From a virus (Duplodnaviria > Caudoviricetes): a stretch of DNA of 64,000 bases. The stretch lies in IMG/VR virus record IMGVR_UViG_2648501152_000001, positions 21,132 through 85,131 of that record; one strand, 5' to 3'. Below are positions 29,916 through 39,351 of this stretch, one piece after another (positions within the stretch are counted from its first letter, which is position 1; each line of letters starts with the position of its first letter). A model generated the notes under the pieces. The model did no database searches and was not told where the DNA came from. It was given only the letters and a program-made list of their open reading frames with translations. Made by a program: the position numbers and the translations under genes.

Positions 29916-30395
29916 ATGCCCCCACGCCGAGGCCACACCCAATCCATCGAAAAACGCACCGACATGGCAGAAAAACAACGCCATGCCCTCGAACTCCGCA
30001 ACGCCGGCCGCAGCCTCCAATTCGTCGCAGACATCTATGGTGTCGACCAATCCACCGTCTCGCGCTGGTGTAGTGCCGCCATCAAAGACATTCCGCGTGA
30101 AGCCGCCGAAGAATTCCGGCAACGACAACTACTCCAGCTTGATTCCATGCTCGAAGCGATCTGGGACGACGTAGTCAGTGGGAATCAACTCAAGATCGAT
30201 CGGGCACTCGCAATTCTCGAACGCCAAGCCAAACTCACCGGCCTCGAAGACCTCGCCAAAATCGAAGCCTTGAAGGCCGCCAAGGGCGATGCCGGCGTAG
30301 AAGCCGAATCGATGATTGGAACGCTACTGGACGGGCTGAAAGCCGCCTACGTGGCACAGAAGGACCGGGCAGCCGAACCCGAAGGCGACGAGTGA
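29916..30395 (+). CDS. terminase small subunit (HTH)
   Basis: AGGAGG RBS; ALELRNAGRSLQFVADIYG HTH; coupled to TerL. Confidence 0.8.
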   Translation: MPPRRGHTQSIEKRTDMAEKQRHALELRNAGRSLQFVADIYGVDQSTVSRWCSAAIKDIPREAAEEFRQRQLLQLDSMLEAIWDDVVSGNQLKIDRALAILERQAKLTGLEDLAKIEALKAAKGDAGVEAESMIGTLLDGLKAAYVAQKDRAAEPEGDE

Positions 30396-31747
30396 CCGCC
30401 GGCATCGATGCGTTCGCGGATCTACCACTCTCACCGAAACAGATCGCATCCATCGTCGAATCCCTCGAACCAAACCCGAACGGCGCAGGCCGCGTATCCG
30501 TCGGGATTTGGGCGGGAGCTATCCGTGCAGGCAAAACCACGGCGAGCATCGTAGCGTTCTTCCTGGCGGTCGTTAGCGCCCCAGAAACAGGACTCATACT
30601 GATCTGCGGTCGCACGTTGCAGACCATCGAACGTAACATCATCGAGCCGATGCAAGACCCGAAAGTTTTCGGGCCTCTGTCCACACTGGTGCAGCACACC
30701 CGTGGATCTTCAGTCGCCACGATTGTCGGACGTACAGTGCACCTCATCGGCGCTTCAGACGCCAGAGCCGAAGGTAAGCTACGCGGTCTCACTGCTTGCC
30801 TTGCAATGGTGGATGAAGCAACGCTAATCCCCGAGGAATTCTGGGATCAGCTACTTGGCCGATTGTCGGTAAAAGGCTCGCGTCTCTTTGCAACGACCAA
30901 CCCAGGAAGCTCGCGGCACTGGCTAAAACTGCGTTTTATCGATAAGCGCGACGAGCTTGGTTATCGATTCTGGAACTTCACGATGGATGATAATCCGACT
31001 CTTGAGCCAGAGTGGATCGAGCAAAAGAAGCTAGAATATGCCGGTATATTCTTTGCTCGCAACGTGAATGGATTTTGGATTGGAGCGGAGGGTAGCGTAT
31101 ATGACATGTTCGATCCGGACAAGCATGTAGTTCCTCGAAGCGAACTCCCAGAAATGAAATCCATTCTCGGGACTGGAATCGACTATGGCACCACGAATGC
31201 CACTGCGGGAATCATGCTTGCACTCGGCGTCGACAACTGCCTGTACGTCGTGGACGAGTGGTACAAGAAAGCCGGCGACAACGAAGCGCGGTGGTCCGAC
31301 GCTCAATTATCGCGAGGGATAAAGTCGTGGCTAGAAACAGATCACTTGCCGAATCAAGATATTCCAGTCGGCCCGCTGATTGTTGACCCAGCTGCGGCAT
31401 CATTCCGTGTCCAGTTGAAGCAAGACGGGCTGAAATCGTATGCGGCAAAGAATGATGTCGTAAACGGCATCCGCACGGTAGCTTCACTTTTCTCTACGGA
31501 TAAACTTAAGATTAGCGATCACTGCCATAGGTTGCTCGATGAATTGCCGGAATACTGCTGGGACCCAGTCGCAACGGAACGTGGAGAAGACAAGCCGATC
31601 AAACAGAACGACCATGCCGCAGACGGCCTTCGGTATGCCTGTGCTACAACGGAACGTAAGTGGCGCAGGCATATCGGCGGCGAGCGTGTCATGAGCGCAG
31701 AAGAGCCCCAAGAGTTCGATCCTGTACTCACTAAGCGGACGACATGA
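30392..31747 (+). CDS. terminase large subunit (PBSX-like)
   Basis: GAIRAGKT Walker A, MVDEA Walker B, TTNP, IDYGTTN, DHAADGLRY. Confidence 0.95.
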   Translation: MTAGIDAFADLPLSPKQIASIVESLEPNPNGAGRVSVGIWAGAIRAGKTTASIVAFFLAVVSAPETGLILICGRTLQTIERNIIEPMQDPKVFGPLSTLVQHTRGSSVATIVGRTVHLIGASDARAEGKLRGLTACLAMVDEATLIPEEFWDQLLGRLSVKGSRLFATTNPGSSRHWLKLRFIDKRDELGYRFWNFTMDDNPTLEPEWIEQKKLEYAGIFFARNVNGFWIGAEGSVYDMFDPDKHVVPRSELPEMKSILGTGIDYGTTNATAGIMLALGVDNCLYVVDEWYKKAGDNEARWSDAQLSRGIKSWLETDHLPNQDIPVGPLIVDPAAASFRVQLKQDGLKSYAAKNDVVNGIRTVASLFSTDKLKISDHCHRLLDELPEYCWDPVATERGEDKPIKQNDHAADGLRYACATTERKWRRHIGGERVMSAEEPQEFDPVLTKRTT

Positions 31748-31873
31748 CACTGTGCATGTTCGGTCAACCGGCGAGCATGGTAAACTAAACACCACAATCA
31801 AACAAGTCGGCCCCGTGCAGTGTGTCACCACTGCCGGGGCCTGGGCCGAGACCTACAGGAGAGGTACCCGACC

Positions 31874-32851
31874 TTGAGCAACGATACTACATGCTCTGTT
31901 GACGGATGTGAGAAAGACTCTATTGCACGGGGCTGGTGCCCAGGTCATTACCGGCGGTGGCGCAACACGGGCGACGTTCAAGCGGATGTTCCGCTCCGCG
32001 CCCGAAAGCTCAAAGAAAAGCCCGCAGTCTGCACAGTAAGCGGATGTGATCTCAAGGCCGGCACCCGTGGTCTATGCAGCGGGCATTACGATCGCCTCAT
32101 CAAGACTGGCGATGTGCGCGCCGACGTGCCGTTGAAGGTGAACGGTAGCCAGAAGAACAAGGCATGTTCTGTAGATGGATGCGACCGCCCGTCATTCAGC
32201 CGGGACTGGTGCCGGTCGCACTATCAGCGGTGGTACAGCACCGGAGATGTGCAGTCGGACGTTCCAATCAACGGGCACCTGCGCGAGTACCCAGAAGGGT
32301 GCTCATGGTGCCCATGTTGCGAGAAGATGCTTCCACTTGACAAGTTCCACACCAGTAGGGACCGGGCACGTGGGGTGACAGCCCTATGCGCGCAGTGCAT
32401 CAGCGAAGACCAGAAGGCTAGGCGCCCACAGATCTACGAGCAGCAGCGGCGCTGGCTTCGGGCGAACCCAGGTAAGTCGACCGAATATTCACGGAACTAC
32501 TCCAGGCGATACCCGGAGAAGATACGCGAGAAGCAACGCCGACTCGTCGCAAATAACCCCGAAAAGTACCGCCAGATCGCGCGAGCGGCTGAGAGCAACC
32601 GGCGCGCTCGCGAGCAGAACGCGCCGGGATTCATGACGACGGATCAGTTGAATGCACGGTGGGCTTATTACGGTGGTCGTTGCTGGATCTGCGGAGGCAA
32701 GGCGACGGTCACGGACCATGTGAAGCCACTGTCCAAGGGCGGTAGCAACTGGCCTTCAAACGCGCGTCCTGCATGCGTTCCGTGCAATGCCAGCAAGAAC
32801 GCGAAGTGGCCGTTCAAGCCTGAGGATATCGCCCACATTTGGGCTGCCTGA
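31874..32851 (+). CDS. HNH endonuclease with three N-terminal Cys/His zinc repeats
   Basis: Three copies of C(S/T)V.GC...C..HY.R...TGD; C-terminal CWICG...DHVKPLSKGG.N...C..CN..K. Confidence 0.9.
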   Translation: MSNDTTCSVDGCEKDSIARGWCPGHYRRWRNTGDVQADVPLRARKLKEKPAVCTVSGCDLKAGTRGLCSGHYDRLIKTGDVRADVPLKVNGSQKNKACSVDGCDRPSFSRDWCRSHYQRWYSTGDVQSDVPINGHLREYPEGCSWCPCCEKMLPLDKFHTSRDRARGVTALCAQCISEDQKARRPQIYEQQRRWLRANPGKSTEYSRNYSRRYPEKIREKQRRLVANNPEKYRQIARAAESNRRAREQNAPGFMTTDQLNARWAYYGGRCWICGGKATVTDHVKPLSKGGSNWPSNARPACVPCNASKNAKWPFKPEDIAHIWAA

Positions 32852-32911
32852 TTACTGTAAACGTGGCTGGTACACTGGTGTTGTCGCACACCCCTATCCA
32901 AAGGATGTCGA

Positions 32912-33154
32912 GTGTCCCTCGCTGACGAACTTGAATTAGCCACCAAGCGGCGCTCCCGCCCCTGCCTCACCGCAGAATGGCTCAACACGCAAGACGAGCG
33001 GGACAACGCAGCCTTCGCAGAGTTCCTGTCCAGCGGAGGACACATGAGCGCCCTCTACCGGCGCTGCACCAAATACGGACTCGACGCAGGACTAACCCAA
33101 TTCAAGGATCACTGCCAGCGTCGATGCTCCTGCCACCGCGGGGCCGCATCATGA
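32912..33154 (+). CDS. small zinc-binding hypothetical protein
   Basis: PC...H...CSC; MSLADEL start echoed in the next gene. Confidence 0.6.
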   Translation: MSLADELELATKRRSRPCLTAEWLNTQDERDNAAFAEFLSSGGHMSALYRRCTKYGLDAGLTQFKDHCQRRCSCHRGAAS

Positions 33155-34350
33155 GCCTTGCCGACGACCTCGACAGCACCCCAATCGATCAGGCCGCAAA
33201 CAAGGGTTCAATCGACGTAACGCCCGATGGCGCGAGCGTCAACAACGTCGTGGTGGATTCCCCGGTCAACGATGACTGGTCCGCGGTGTTCGCGCTGTTC
33301 AACATGAGCGCAGCCGAATTCGAGGTTGTCGACGACACGGTGCGGATGAGCACGTGGCAGCAGTCCCGCCGCACCGCCGACGGTGACCGTGATGTGGTGC
33401 AGTTGTATTCGTACAGCGCCAGGTTCCGGCGGAAGCCTAAGCAACGCCTGTCGGATGCCGAGGTTGATGAGCGTCGTGCCGCACTCCGCTCATGGACGGT
33501 CCCGACCCGCACCCCATCAAGGAACGGCACCCCGGTTGCCGCGGTCGTCAACCTCGCAGACATTCAGGGCGGCAAGAACGAAGGCGGCGACACCGGGGTA
33601 GCGGCAACCCAGCAGCGGCTCACCGATGGTCTCGAAAACGTGCAAGCCTGGCTCGACCGCATGCGCGAAGACCACAACATCACCGAAATCGTGATCGCCA
33701 ACAACGGTGACCCCATCGAAGGCTGCGACGGCTCCTACGCCAACCAACTGTTCTCCGTGGAGCTGAACACCCGGCAGCAGTACAACTTCGCGCTCGACAT
33801 GTGGGAACTCTATGCCCGCACACTGTTCCCCCAGTTCGACAAGGCGCAGTTCGTGTCAGTTTTGTGCAACCACGGCACAATGGCACGCCTCGGAACGAAC
33901 AAGAACCGCACCGACGACTCCGATAACGCCGGCGGATTCCTCGCGGAAACGTTGCGGCGTGTCCTGTCCGGGCATGAAGCGTTCGATCATGTGCAGTGGA
34001 CGATCCCGCACGACGAAATGAACGTGTACCCGGTCGTGGCTGGAGTTCCTATGGCGTTCAACCACGGTCATCAGATCCCCGGTAGTGATGCGTCCGGGTT
34101 TGAAAAGTGGCTGAACGGCCAGGTTCGTGGCGATGCTGGAGCACATCGCGCGAAGATATGGCAGACGGCACACAAACACCACTTTGCGTGCTGGGACATG
34201 GGGTCGTGCACGGTGTTTCAGGCCCCCAGCGTTGACGGGGGCAGCAAGTGGCTGCGCGATAAAACCGGGAAGTTCTCACGTTCCGGGATTTTGACGTATC
34301 TGGTGGGTGAGCATTCCCCGCTGGGCTGGTCCGACATGGCATTCCTCTAG
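33151..34350 (+). CDS. metallophosphoesterase/Mre11-like protein
   Basis: ADIQ.GK, GDPIEG, CNHG, HGH, AHKHH motifs. Confidence 0.8.
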   Translation: MSLADDLDSTPIDQAANKGSIDVTPDGASVNNVVVDSPVNDDWSAVFALFNMSAAEFEVVDDTVRMSTWQQSRRTADGDRDVVQLYSYSARFRRKPKQRLSDAEVDERRAALRSWTVPTRTPSRNGTPVAAVVNLADIQGGKNEGGDTGVAATQQRLTDGLENVQAWLDRMREDHNITEIVIANNGDPIEGCDGSYANQLFSVELNTRQQYNFALDMWELYARTLFPQFDKAQFVSVLCNHGTMARLGTNKNRTDDSDNAGGFLAETLRRVLSGHEAFDHVQWTIPHDEMNVYPVVAGVPMAFNHGHQIPGSDASGFEKWLNGQVRGDAGAHRAKIWQTAHKHHFACWDMGSCTVFQAPSVDGGSKWLRDKTGKFSRSGILTYLVGEHSPLGWSDMAFL

Positions 34351-34417
34351 TTTCCACGTTCGTTTTTCCACAATTTCATAGCGTGCCAGGGCGCTAGTTC
34401 TCTAACAGGAGTTCAGC

Positions 34418-36070
34418 ATGGGTCTTCCCGAAGGTTCGACTAGCGCACCGTGGCCCCCGAAGCCGTTCGACACCGCACAAGACCAATTCCAACTCTGGAA
34501 CGCTTGGTTCTCCAACGACACTGATGCGTTGTACGAGTGGTATTCGCAGCCCGGAGCCCACGCGCGACCCTCGCAGTATGCGGGTGGCATCGTCGGTCGG
34601 GTGGCACGGTTCTTCTGGGGGCGTCCGATGCAGCAGGCATCGAAGCGCATCCATGTGCCGGCGGCATCGGATATTGCGCGTACGGGCGCGGATCTGCTGT
34701 TTTCTCAGCCGCCGCAGTGGGTGCTAGCAGAGTCGGATGTGAAGGGCGGAAAGGCGCAGTTCGAGGCGGCGCAGAAGCGGCTTGAGGTGTTGCTCGAATC
34801 GTCTGATGTGAACGCAACCCTGTTGGAGGCCGCGGAGATTCAGGCCGCACTCGGCGGCGTGTATTTGCGCTTGTGGTGGGATAAGGATGTGACCCGCAAA
34901 GTCATGCTGTCCGCGGTGGGTGCGGATGGTGCGATCCCCGAATGGCGGTACGGGCAGCTCGCTGCGGTCACGTTCTGGACCGAATGGAAAGACGAAAAGT
35001 CCGGTGTGTGGCGCCACCTGGAACGACACTCGCCTGGTTTCATCGAACACGGCCTCTACAAGGGCGAAACAGACACCCTCGGCAGGTTGATGCCGCTCAC
35101 TGACCGTACCGAAACGGAATGGGCAGCAGACCTCGTCGATGCAGAGGGCCGCATCCCGACCGGTGTCAAAGGTCTCACCGCCGCCTATGTGCCGAACGTC
35201 CGGCCCAGTCGCATGTGGCGCAGCATCCCCGGCCTCTCACTACTCGGACGCTCCGACTACGACGGGCTTGAGCCACTGTTCGACGCTCTCGACGAAGCGT
35301 GGACGTCGTGGATGCGGGACATTGACCACGGCAAGTCCCGCCTGTTCGTCGATGCCGAAGCACTCGAAGACAATGGCCCTGGTCGTGGCGCGTCGTTCGA
35401 CCCCGAACAGCCCGTCTACACCCCGGTTCCGCGCCCCGGTTTGGGTGATGATCCGACCCGTAGCCTCGTGGAGGCGCAGCAGTTCACGATCCGCTACGCC
35501 GAACACCACGCCACGGTGAAGGATCTCATGACCCGCATCCTCGTCGGCGCCGGCTACTCCGTGTCCGACTTCGGTGACGATGAAATGTCGTCCGCAGTCA
35601 CCGCAACCGAAATCAACGCCCGCAAGGATCTGTCCAACCGCACCCGTTCCAAGAAGATCGGGTATTGGCGGTCGGGGATGGAAGAACTTGCCCGCACCAT
35701 GCTCGAACTCGATGCAGTGGTGTACGCCGATGAGCGGGAAACGCCGTTCGAGGTGGTTGCGAATCCGGAGATGAAGTTCCCGGTGCGTCAGGATCAGACT
35801 CCGGTGCAGGTGGCGGAGATGGTGGCGCGTTGGTTCGATTCGGGTTCCGCATCCACAGAAACCAGGGTGCGGACGATTTGGCCGAACTGGTCGAACGATC
35901 AGGTGCAGGAGGAGTTGGAGCGCATCAAGGACGATCGAAAGCTGGACGATATGCCTTCCGAGTTCGATACTCCCACGTTCGGCGGCGGTACTGATGAAGC
36001 TGAGTTTGAGCCGCCGACCCGCCCCGAGGGTGACATGGGTGCCGATGGGGAAGAGTTGGACGGCGAATAG
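34418..36070 (+). CDS. portal protein (A118/SPP1-like)
   Basis: Position after TerL; LGRSDY, TATEI motifs; 550 aa. Confidence 0.9.
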   Translation: MGLPEGSTSAPWPPKPFDTAQDQFQLWNAWFSNDTDALYEWYSQPGAHARPSQYAGGIVGRVARFFWGRPMQQASKRIHVPAASDIARTGADLLFSQPPQWVLAESDVKGGKAQFEAAQKRLEVLLESSDVNATLLEAAEIQAALGGVYLRLWWDKDVTRKVMLSAVGADGAIPEWRYGQLAAVTFWTEWKDEKSGVWRHLERHSPGFIEHGLYKGETDTLGRLMPLTDRTETEWAADLVDAEGRIPTGVKGLTAAYVPNVRPSRMWRSIPGLSLLGRSDYDGLEPLFDALDEAWTSWMRDIDHGKSRLFVDAEALEDNGPGRGASFDPEQPVYTPVPRPGLGDDPTRSLVEAQQFTIRYAEHHATVKDLMTRILVGAGYSVSDFGDDEMSSAVTATEINARKDLSNRTRSKKIGYWRSGMEELARTMLELDAVVYADERETPFEVVANPEMKFPVRQDQTPVQVAEMVARWFDSGSASTETRVRTIWPNWSNDQVQEELERIKDDRKLDDMPSEFDTPTFGGGTDEAEFEPPTRPEGDMGADGEELDGE

Positions 36071-36073
36071 TCG

Positions 36074-37270
36074 ATGCCACTAACACCCAGCTTCGGGGAC
36101 AAGATAGCCGCGAAGATCGTCGCCCTGTATGCGGCAGGCGAGGAACAACTCTACCGGTTTCTCGCCAAGTCGTTGCAGGGGGAGCGGGGCACGGGTGCGA
36201 ATTGGGCTGCCCGCATGATCATCAAAGTCGGTCCGGTTCGGGTGGGTGTGCAACGCATCCTGGATCGGTTGCATGGTGAGTCGCGGGTGATGGTGACTGA
36301 GGCGATTCGGCAGGCGTGGGAGAACGGCAGGAATGCCGCCCTGGAGGATATTCCGGGTGAGCGTGTTCCGGTGTTCAACGTGGATGGTGCGTCGGCGCGG
36401 GCTGCGGAGGAGTTGAATCAGCGCCTGGTGGAGACTCGTCCGCGTGCCGCAGAATCCGCGTCGAACATCTACCGCCAGGTGATCGATGAAGTGACGCGGG
36501 ATGAGTCGATCACGTCGGAGGCGTCACGCAAGAGGTTGGTGCAGCGGGCGTTGGATCGGTTCGCGCGTGATGGGATCACGTCGTTCATCGATCAGCGTGG
36601 ACGCAACTACGACCTGGTCTCGTACACGGAGATGGCTGTGCGTGCCGCGGTGTCCGAAGGTGAGATCAACGCCTACATGCAGCAGTTGGTTGCGGCAGGA
36701 ATCGACCTCGTGGTGATCAGTGACGTGCCTCAGAGCTGTGCCCTTTGTGAACCCTTCGAGTCAAAGCTAGTTTCGATCACGGGCGCCACTCGCGCTGCAA
36801 TCTGGGTGGACCCTGAGACAGGGCGAACCCGTTCCGTTCCTGTGTTCTCCACGTTAGCGGAGGCCCGTGCCGCTGGACTGTGGCACCCTGGTTGCCGTCA
36901 CGTGGCGAAGGGTTGGACGCCGGATAGTCCGTTTCCGCCGCCGGCTGATCCGCCCGACCCCGAGGGATATAAGGCGACGCAGCGACTCCGGGCGTTGGAA
37001 CGGCGTGTGAGGCGTGAGAAGCGGGTGCTAGCGGCAGCGATGTCGCCGGAGGCGGAAACGGCGGCGCGGCGCAGGATTCGTGGTGTGCAAGCACAGATCC
37101 GTGACCATATTGCGCGTACGGGTGTGCAGCGTAGACGCGACCGCGAACAACTGCATCGGGGGTATGAGTCGACTCCGGATGCGCGTGCATTGAATGCCGA
37201 AAAGCGGACACAGCAACGGAAGACCGTGGATGAGTTGGTGGAGGAGATTCGCAGCGAGCGCGGACAGTAG
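36074..37270 (+). CDS. phage minor capsid protein
   Basis: YTEMAVR, C..C, GLWHPGCRH, QRLRALERRVR. Confidence 0.85.
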   Translation: MPLTPSFGDKIAAKIVALYAAGEEQLYRFLAKSLQGERGTGANWAARMIIKVGPVRVGVQRILDRLHGESRVMVTEAIRQAWENGRNAALEDIPGERVPVFNVDGASARAAEELNQRLVETRPRAAESASNIYRQVIDEVTRDESITSEASRKRLVQRALDRFARDGITSFIDQRGRNYDLVSYTEMAVRAAVSEGEINAYMQQLVAAGIDLVVISDVPQSCALCEPFESKLVSITGATRAAIWVDPETGRTRSVPVFSTLAEARAAGLWHPGCRHVAKGWTPDSPFPPPADPPDPEGYKATQRLRALERRVRREKRVLAAAMSPEAETAARRRIRGVQAQIRDHIARTGVQRRRDREQLHRGYESTPDARALNAEKRTQQRKTVDELVEEIRSERGQ

Positions 37271-37280
37271 GTGAACGCGA

Positions 37281-37314
37281 CGAAGCCCACGACCTGTGTG
37301 GATCGGGGGCTTCG
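37281..37314. terminator. hairpin between convergent genes
   Basis: CGAAGCCC...GGGCTTCG. Confidence 0.55.
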
Positions 37315-37371
37315 GTTCCTGGCGGGACACGATTGGGTTGCGCACGGTCGTTGGCCAGGAAAGTATTGGGG

Positions 37372-38148
37372 TTACTGCTCGTCGTAGAGCCGCTTCGATT
37401 CTACCCAAAGATCCTTCAGTATCGTCTTCGCCACCAGGCGCACAGCCATAGCGTGCTGGTGCCCGTCATTCCGCACCGAACCAACCTCCGCAGGCTTGCC
37501 CTTCTTCCCGCAGCGTACGCACTCCACCGCGTGAACAGAATCGGCATACTTGGCGCGGGCATCCCGATACACAGTCTCGTACGGGCTGGTCTTGAACTTC
37601 GGAACAGCCGACGCAATCACCCACGTGCGCTTCCGGGCATTCTCAGACCAGTTCGACTGCTGACCACGAGTACGGCGCGGAGCCGCACCGTTGCGCACAT
37701 CGAACCCGCAGTAAGCCCACAGTTCGCTCACCGTACGCGGACGCTCGTGCAGGTCGTTCCAGTACGGGTCGCCGATCGCCGCCAACAGGCGCGCAGACTG
37801 CTTCAACCCGAGACCAGAAGTGCTCGTCACGAACTTCCCCAGCGGGTGCATCTTCATGGCCTTCTCAAGGTTCTTCACCGCATCCTTCTCGGCCTGAACC
37901 ATCGCCTCAACCGTATCCGCCAACTTCACCACAACAGGATTGTCGTGGGTGAGCCCGAAACCGCGTTCCTCGCCATCCTTGTCGACCTCATCCAGTCCAC
38001 GGGTGAGGATGCGGATACGGTTCATGTTGGCGATTCGGACCGTTTCCAGGTCGTCTACCACGTCCGCGAGAGTGCCCAGCACCCCGTCGCGCAGCCAACC
38101 GCCAGTCTTGATCGAAGACAGGGTTACATTCGGTTCGGTCGTGGTCAC
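37372..38148 (-). CDS. TasA-like Nop-domain RNA-guided DNA-binding protein (IS110-related, no nuclease domain)
   Basis: Coiled coil (DLETVRIANMNR), HP...GLG...ARLLAAIGD, LWAYCG, APRR.RG...NW, H..A.R...K..LKDLW; lacks the IS110 N-terminal DEDD RuvC domain; adjacent to a dual-spacer array. Confidence 0.8.
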   Translation of the reverse strand: MTTTEPNVTLSSIKTGGWLRDGVLGTLADVVDDLETVRIANMNRIRILTRGLDEVDKDGEERGFGLTHDNPVVVKLADTVEAMVQAEKDAVKNLEKAMKMHPLGKFVTSTSGLGLKQSARLLAAIGDPYWNDLHERPRTVSELWAYCGFDVRNGAAPRRTRGQQSNWSENARKRTWVIASAVPKFKTSPYETVYRDARAKYADSVHAVECVRCGKKGKPAEVGSVRNDGHQHAMAVRLVAKTILKDLWVESKRLYDEQ

Positions 38149-38684
38149 TTCGGCTCCCTCAGGGTTGCGGCGACAGCTGCGGGCAGATCGGCGACGGTCT
38201 CGACGTTGTGCTTGAGCATGAGCGACTGCACCGCCGAGTAATAGTCAGCCCAGTGTGCGTTCTGTTCGATACGCGCCTGATATCCAGCGACCACGTGCGA
38301 GAGATCATCTGTGGTGCAGGAGCCGAACTTTTTGCGCTCGCCGGCGACGTAGATGGATGCTTGGAGGGCGCGTGCCCATGCGGATGCTGCGACGAGTCGT
38401 TTGGCGGAGCGTGCGGGGCGGCGGACTCCGCTGACGGTTTCCTGCTGGATGCTGGTGGGCGCGTTGTCGTCGGTGTCTCGGGTGGCGCGGATCGCTGACA
38501 GTCTGCTCTGGCCGACTTTGATGCGCACGTATTCTACGAGTGCTTGATGGTAGAACTCGTGGAGGAGACTGTCGGGGGTTTCGGTTGCGACGGCTGCCGC
38601 GATTTTGCGGGGGTCGACTTCGGTGGTGTTGTCGAGGTGCTGTCGCACGAATTGTGCGAGTGTGATGGTTTCCGTGGTGGTCAC
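38145..38684 (-). CDS. uncharacterised protein translationally coupled to the TasA-like gene
   Basis: GGAAGGA RBS, GTG start, GTGA overlap with the downstream gene; lies between array and TasA. Confidence 0.75.
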   Translation of the reverse strand: MTTTETITLAQFVRQHLDNTTEVDPRKIAAAVATETPDSLLHEFYHQALVEYVRIKVGQSRLSAIRATRDTDDNAPTSIQQETVSGVRRPARSAKRLVAASAWARALQASIYVAGERKKFGSCTTDDLSHVVAGYQARIEQNAHWADYYSAVQSLMLKHNVETVADLPAAVAATLREPK

Positions 38685-38705
38685 GGTTCATCCTTCCTGT
38701 TGGGT

Positions 38706-39272
38706 CCCGAAGCGTATGTGGTGTGGGTTTCTGGCTTCTCTTGGCTTCGGGAAGTTGAACCGGCAAGCGAGCATTGATTGGATCGCGTATAGACTTTGGC
38801 TTGCCGGAGTTTGGTTCCAGTCAGTCGAGGTGTGAATGGGTCACATCATGCACTTGGACTGACTGAAAGTTGGGTGCCACGCCAGCGGGCGGTGTTCGGG
38901 TATCGCAGTGCCGGTGGCTGGTGTGGCAAGTTGAATCCGCCGAACGGCAGTTTTTTGGGAACCGCATAGGAGATGGTTCGACGGAAGTTGAGTCCCCACA
39001 GCAGGACGTAATTGGGCATCGCTGCTTCTTTGGCTGTGGGTAAGTTGGGTCCGAAGACGGCGGGAGTTGCTTGGGTTCCGCGCGCGCGATGGCCGTCTTC
39101 GGAAGTTGAAACCCGCCGCAGAAACCGAATGGTGCTCGCGTCCTTGATGGCGGCGGGAAGATTGGTTCCGCAAGCGAGGTGTCCGTGGGTATCGCAGATG
39201 TCCTGGCTTGCGGAGGAATGAACACCGCACGCGATTTGCCATTGGGTTTCGAACCCTTCTTGGCGTGCGGTG
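38706..39272 (-). repeat. TIGR-type stem-loop guide RNA array, 10 units with two 9-nt spacers each
   Basis: Each unit is a unique 7-11 bp stem closing an exactly 32-nt core CCA-N9-(C/T/A)G-N3-(C/T/A)CC(A/G)-N9-(C/T)G; short linkers mostly ending CAACT(T). Confidence 0.9.
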
Positions 39273-39351
39273 AGATCGTGGGCAACTGTGTCGTGGGCGC
39301 TGTGTGTCATGTTCACTGCCGCTCCTTCCGTCGTGGTTGCCGTATAGCTAG

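Noticed and set aside
37372-38148. IS110 transposase or its pseudogene
   Set aside because: No N-terminal DEDD RuvC domain or remnant upstream; the ORF is intact, coupled to another gene and linked to a guide-like array
38706-39272. CRISPR array interpretation
   Set aside because: No constant 25-40 nt direct repeat, the variable segments are only 9 nt and paired, and no cas genes are present
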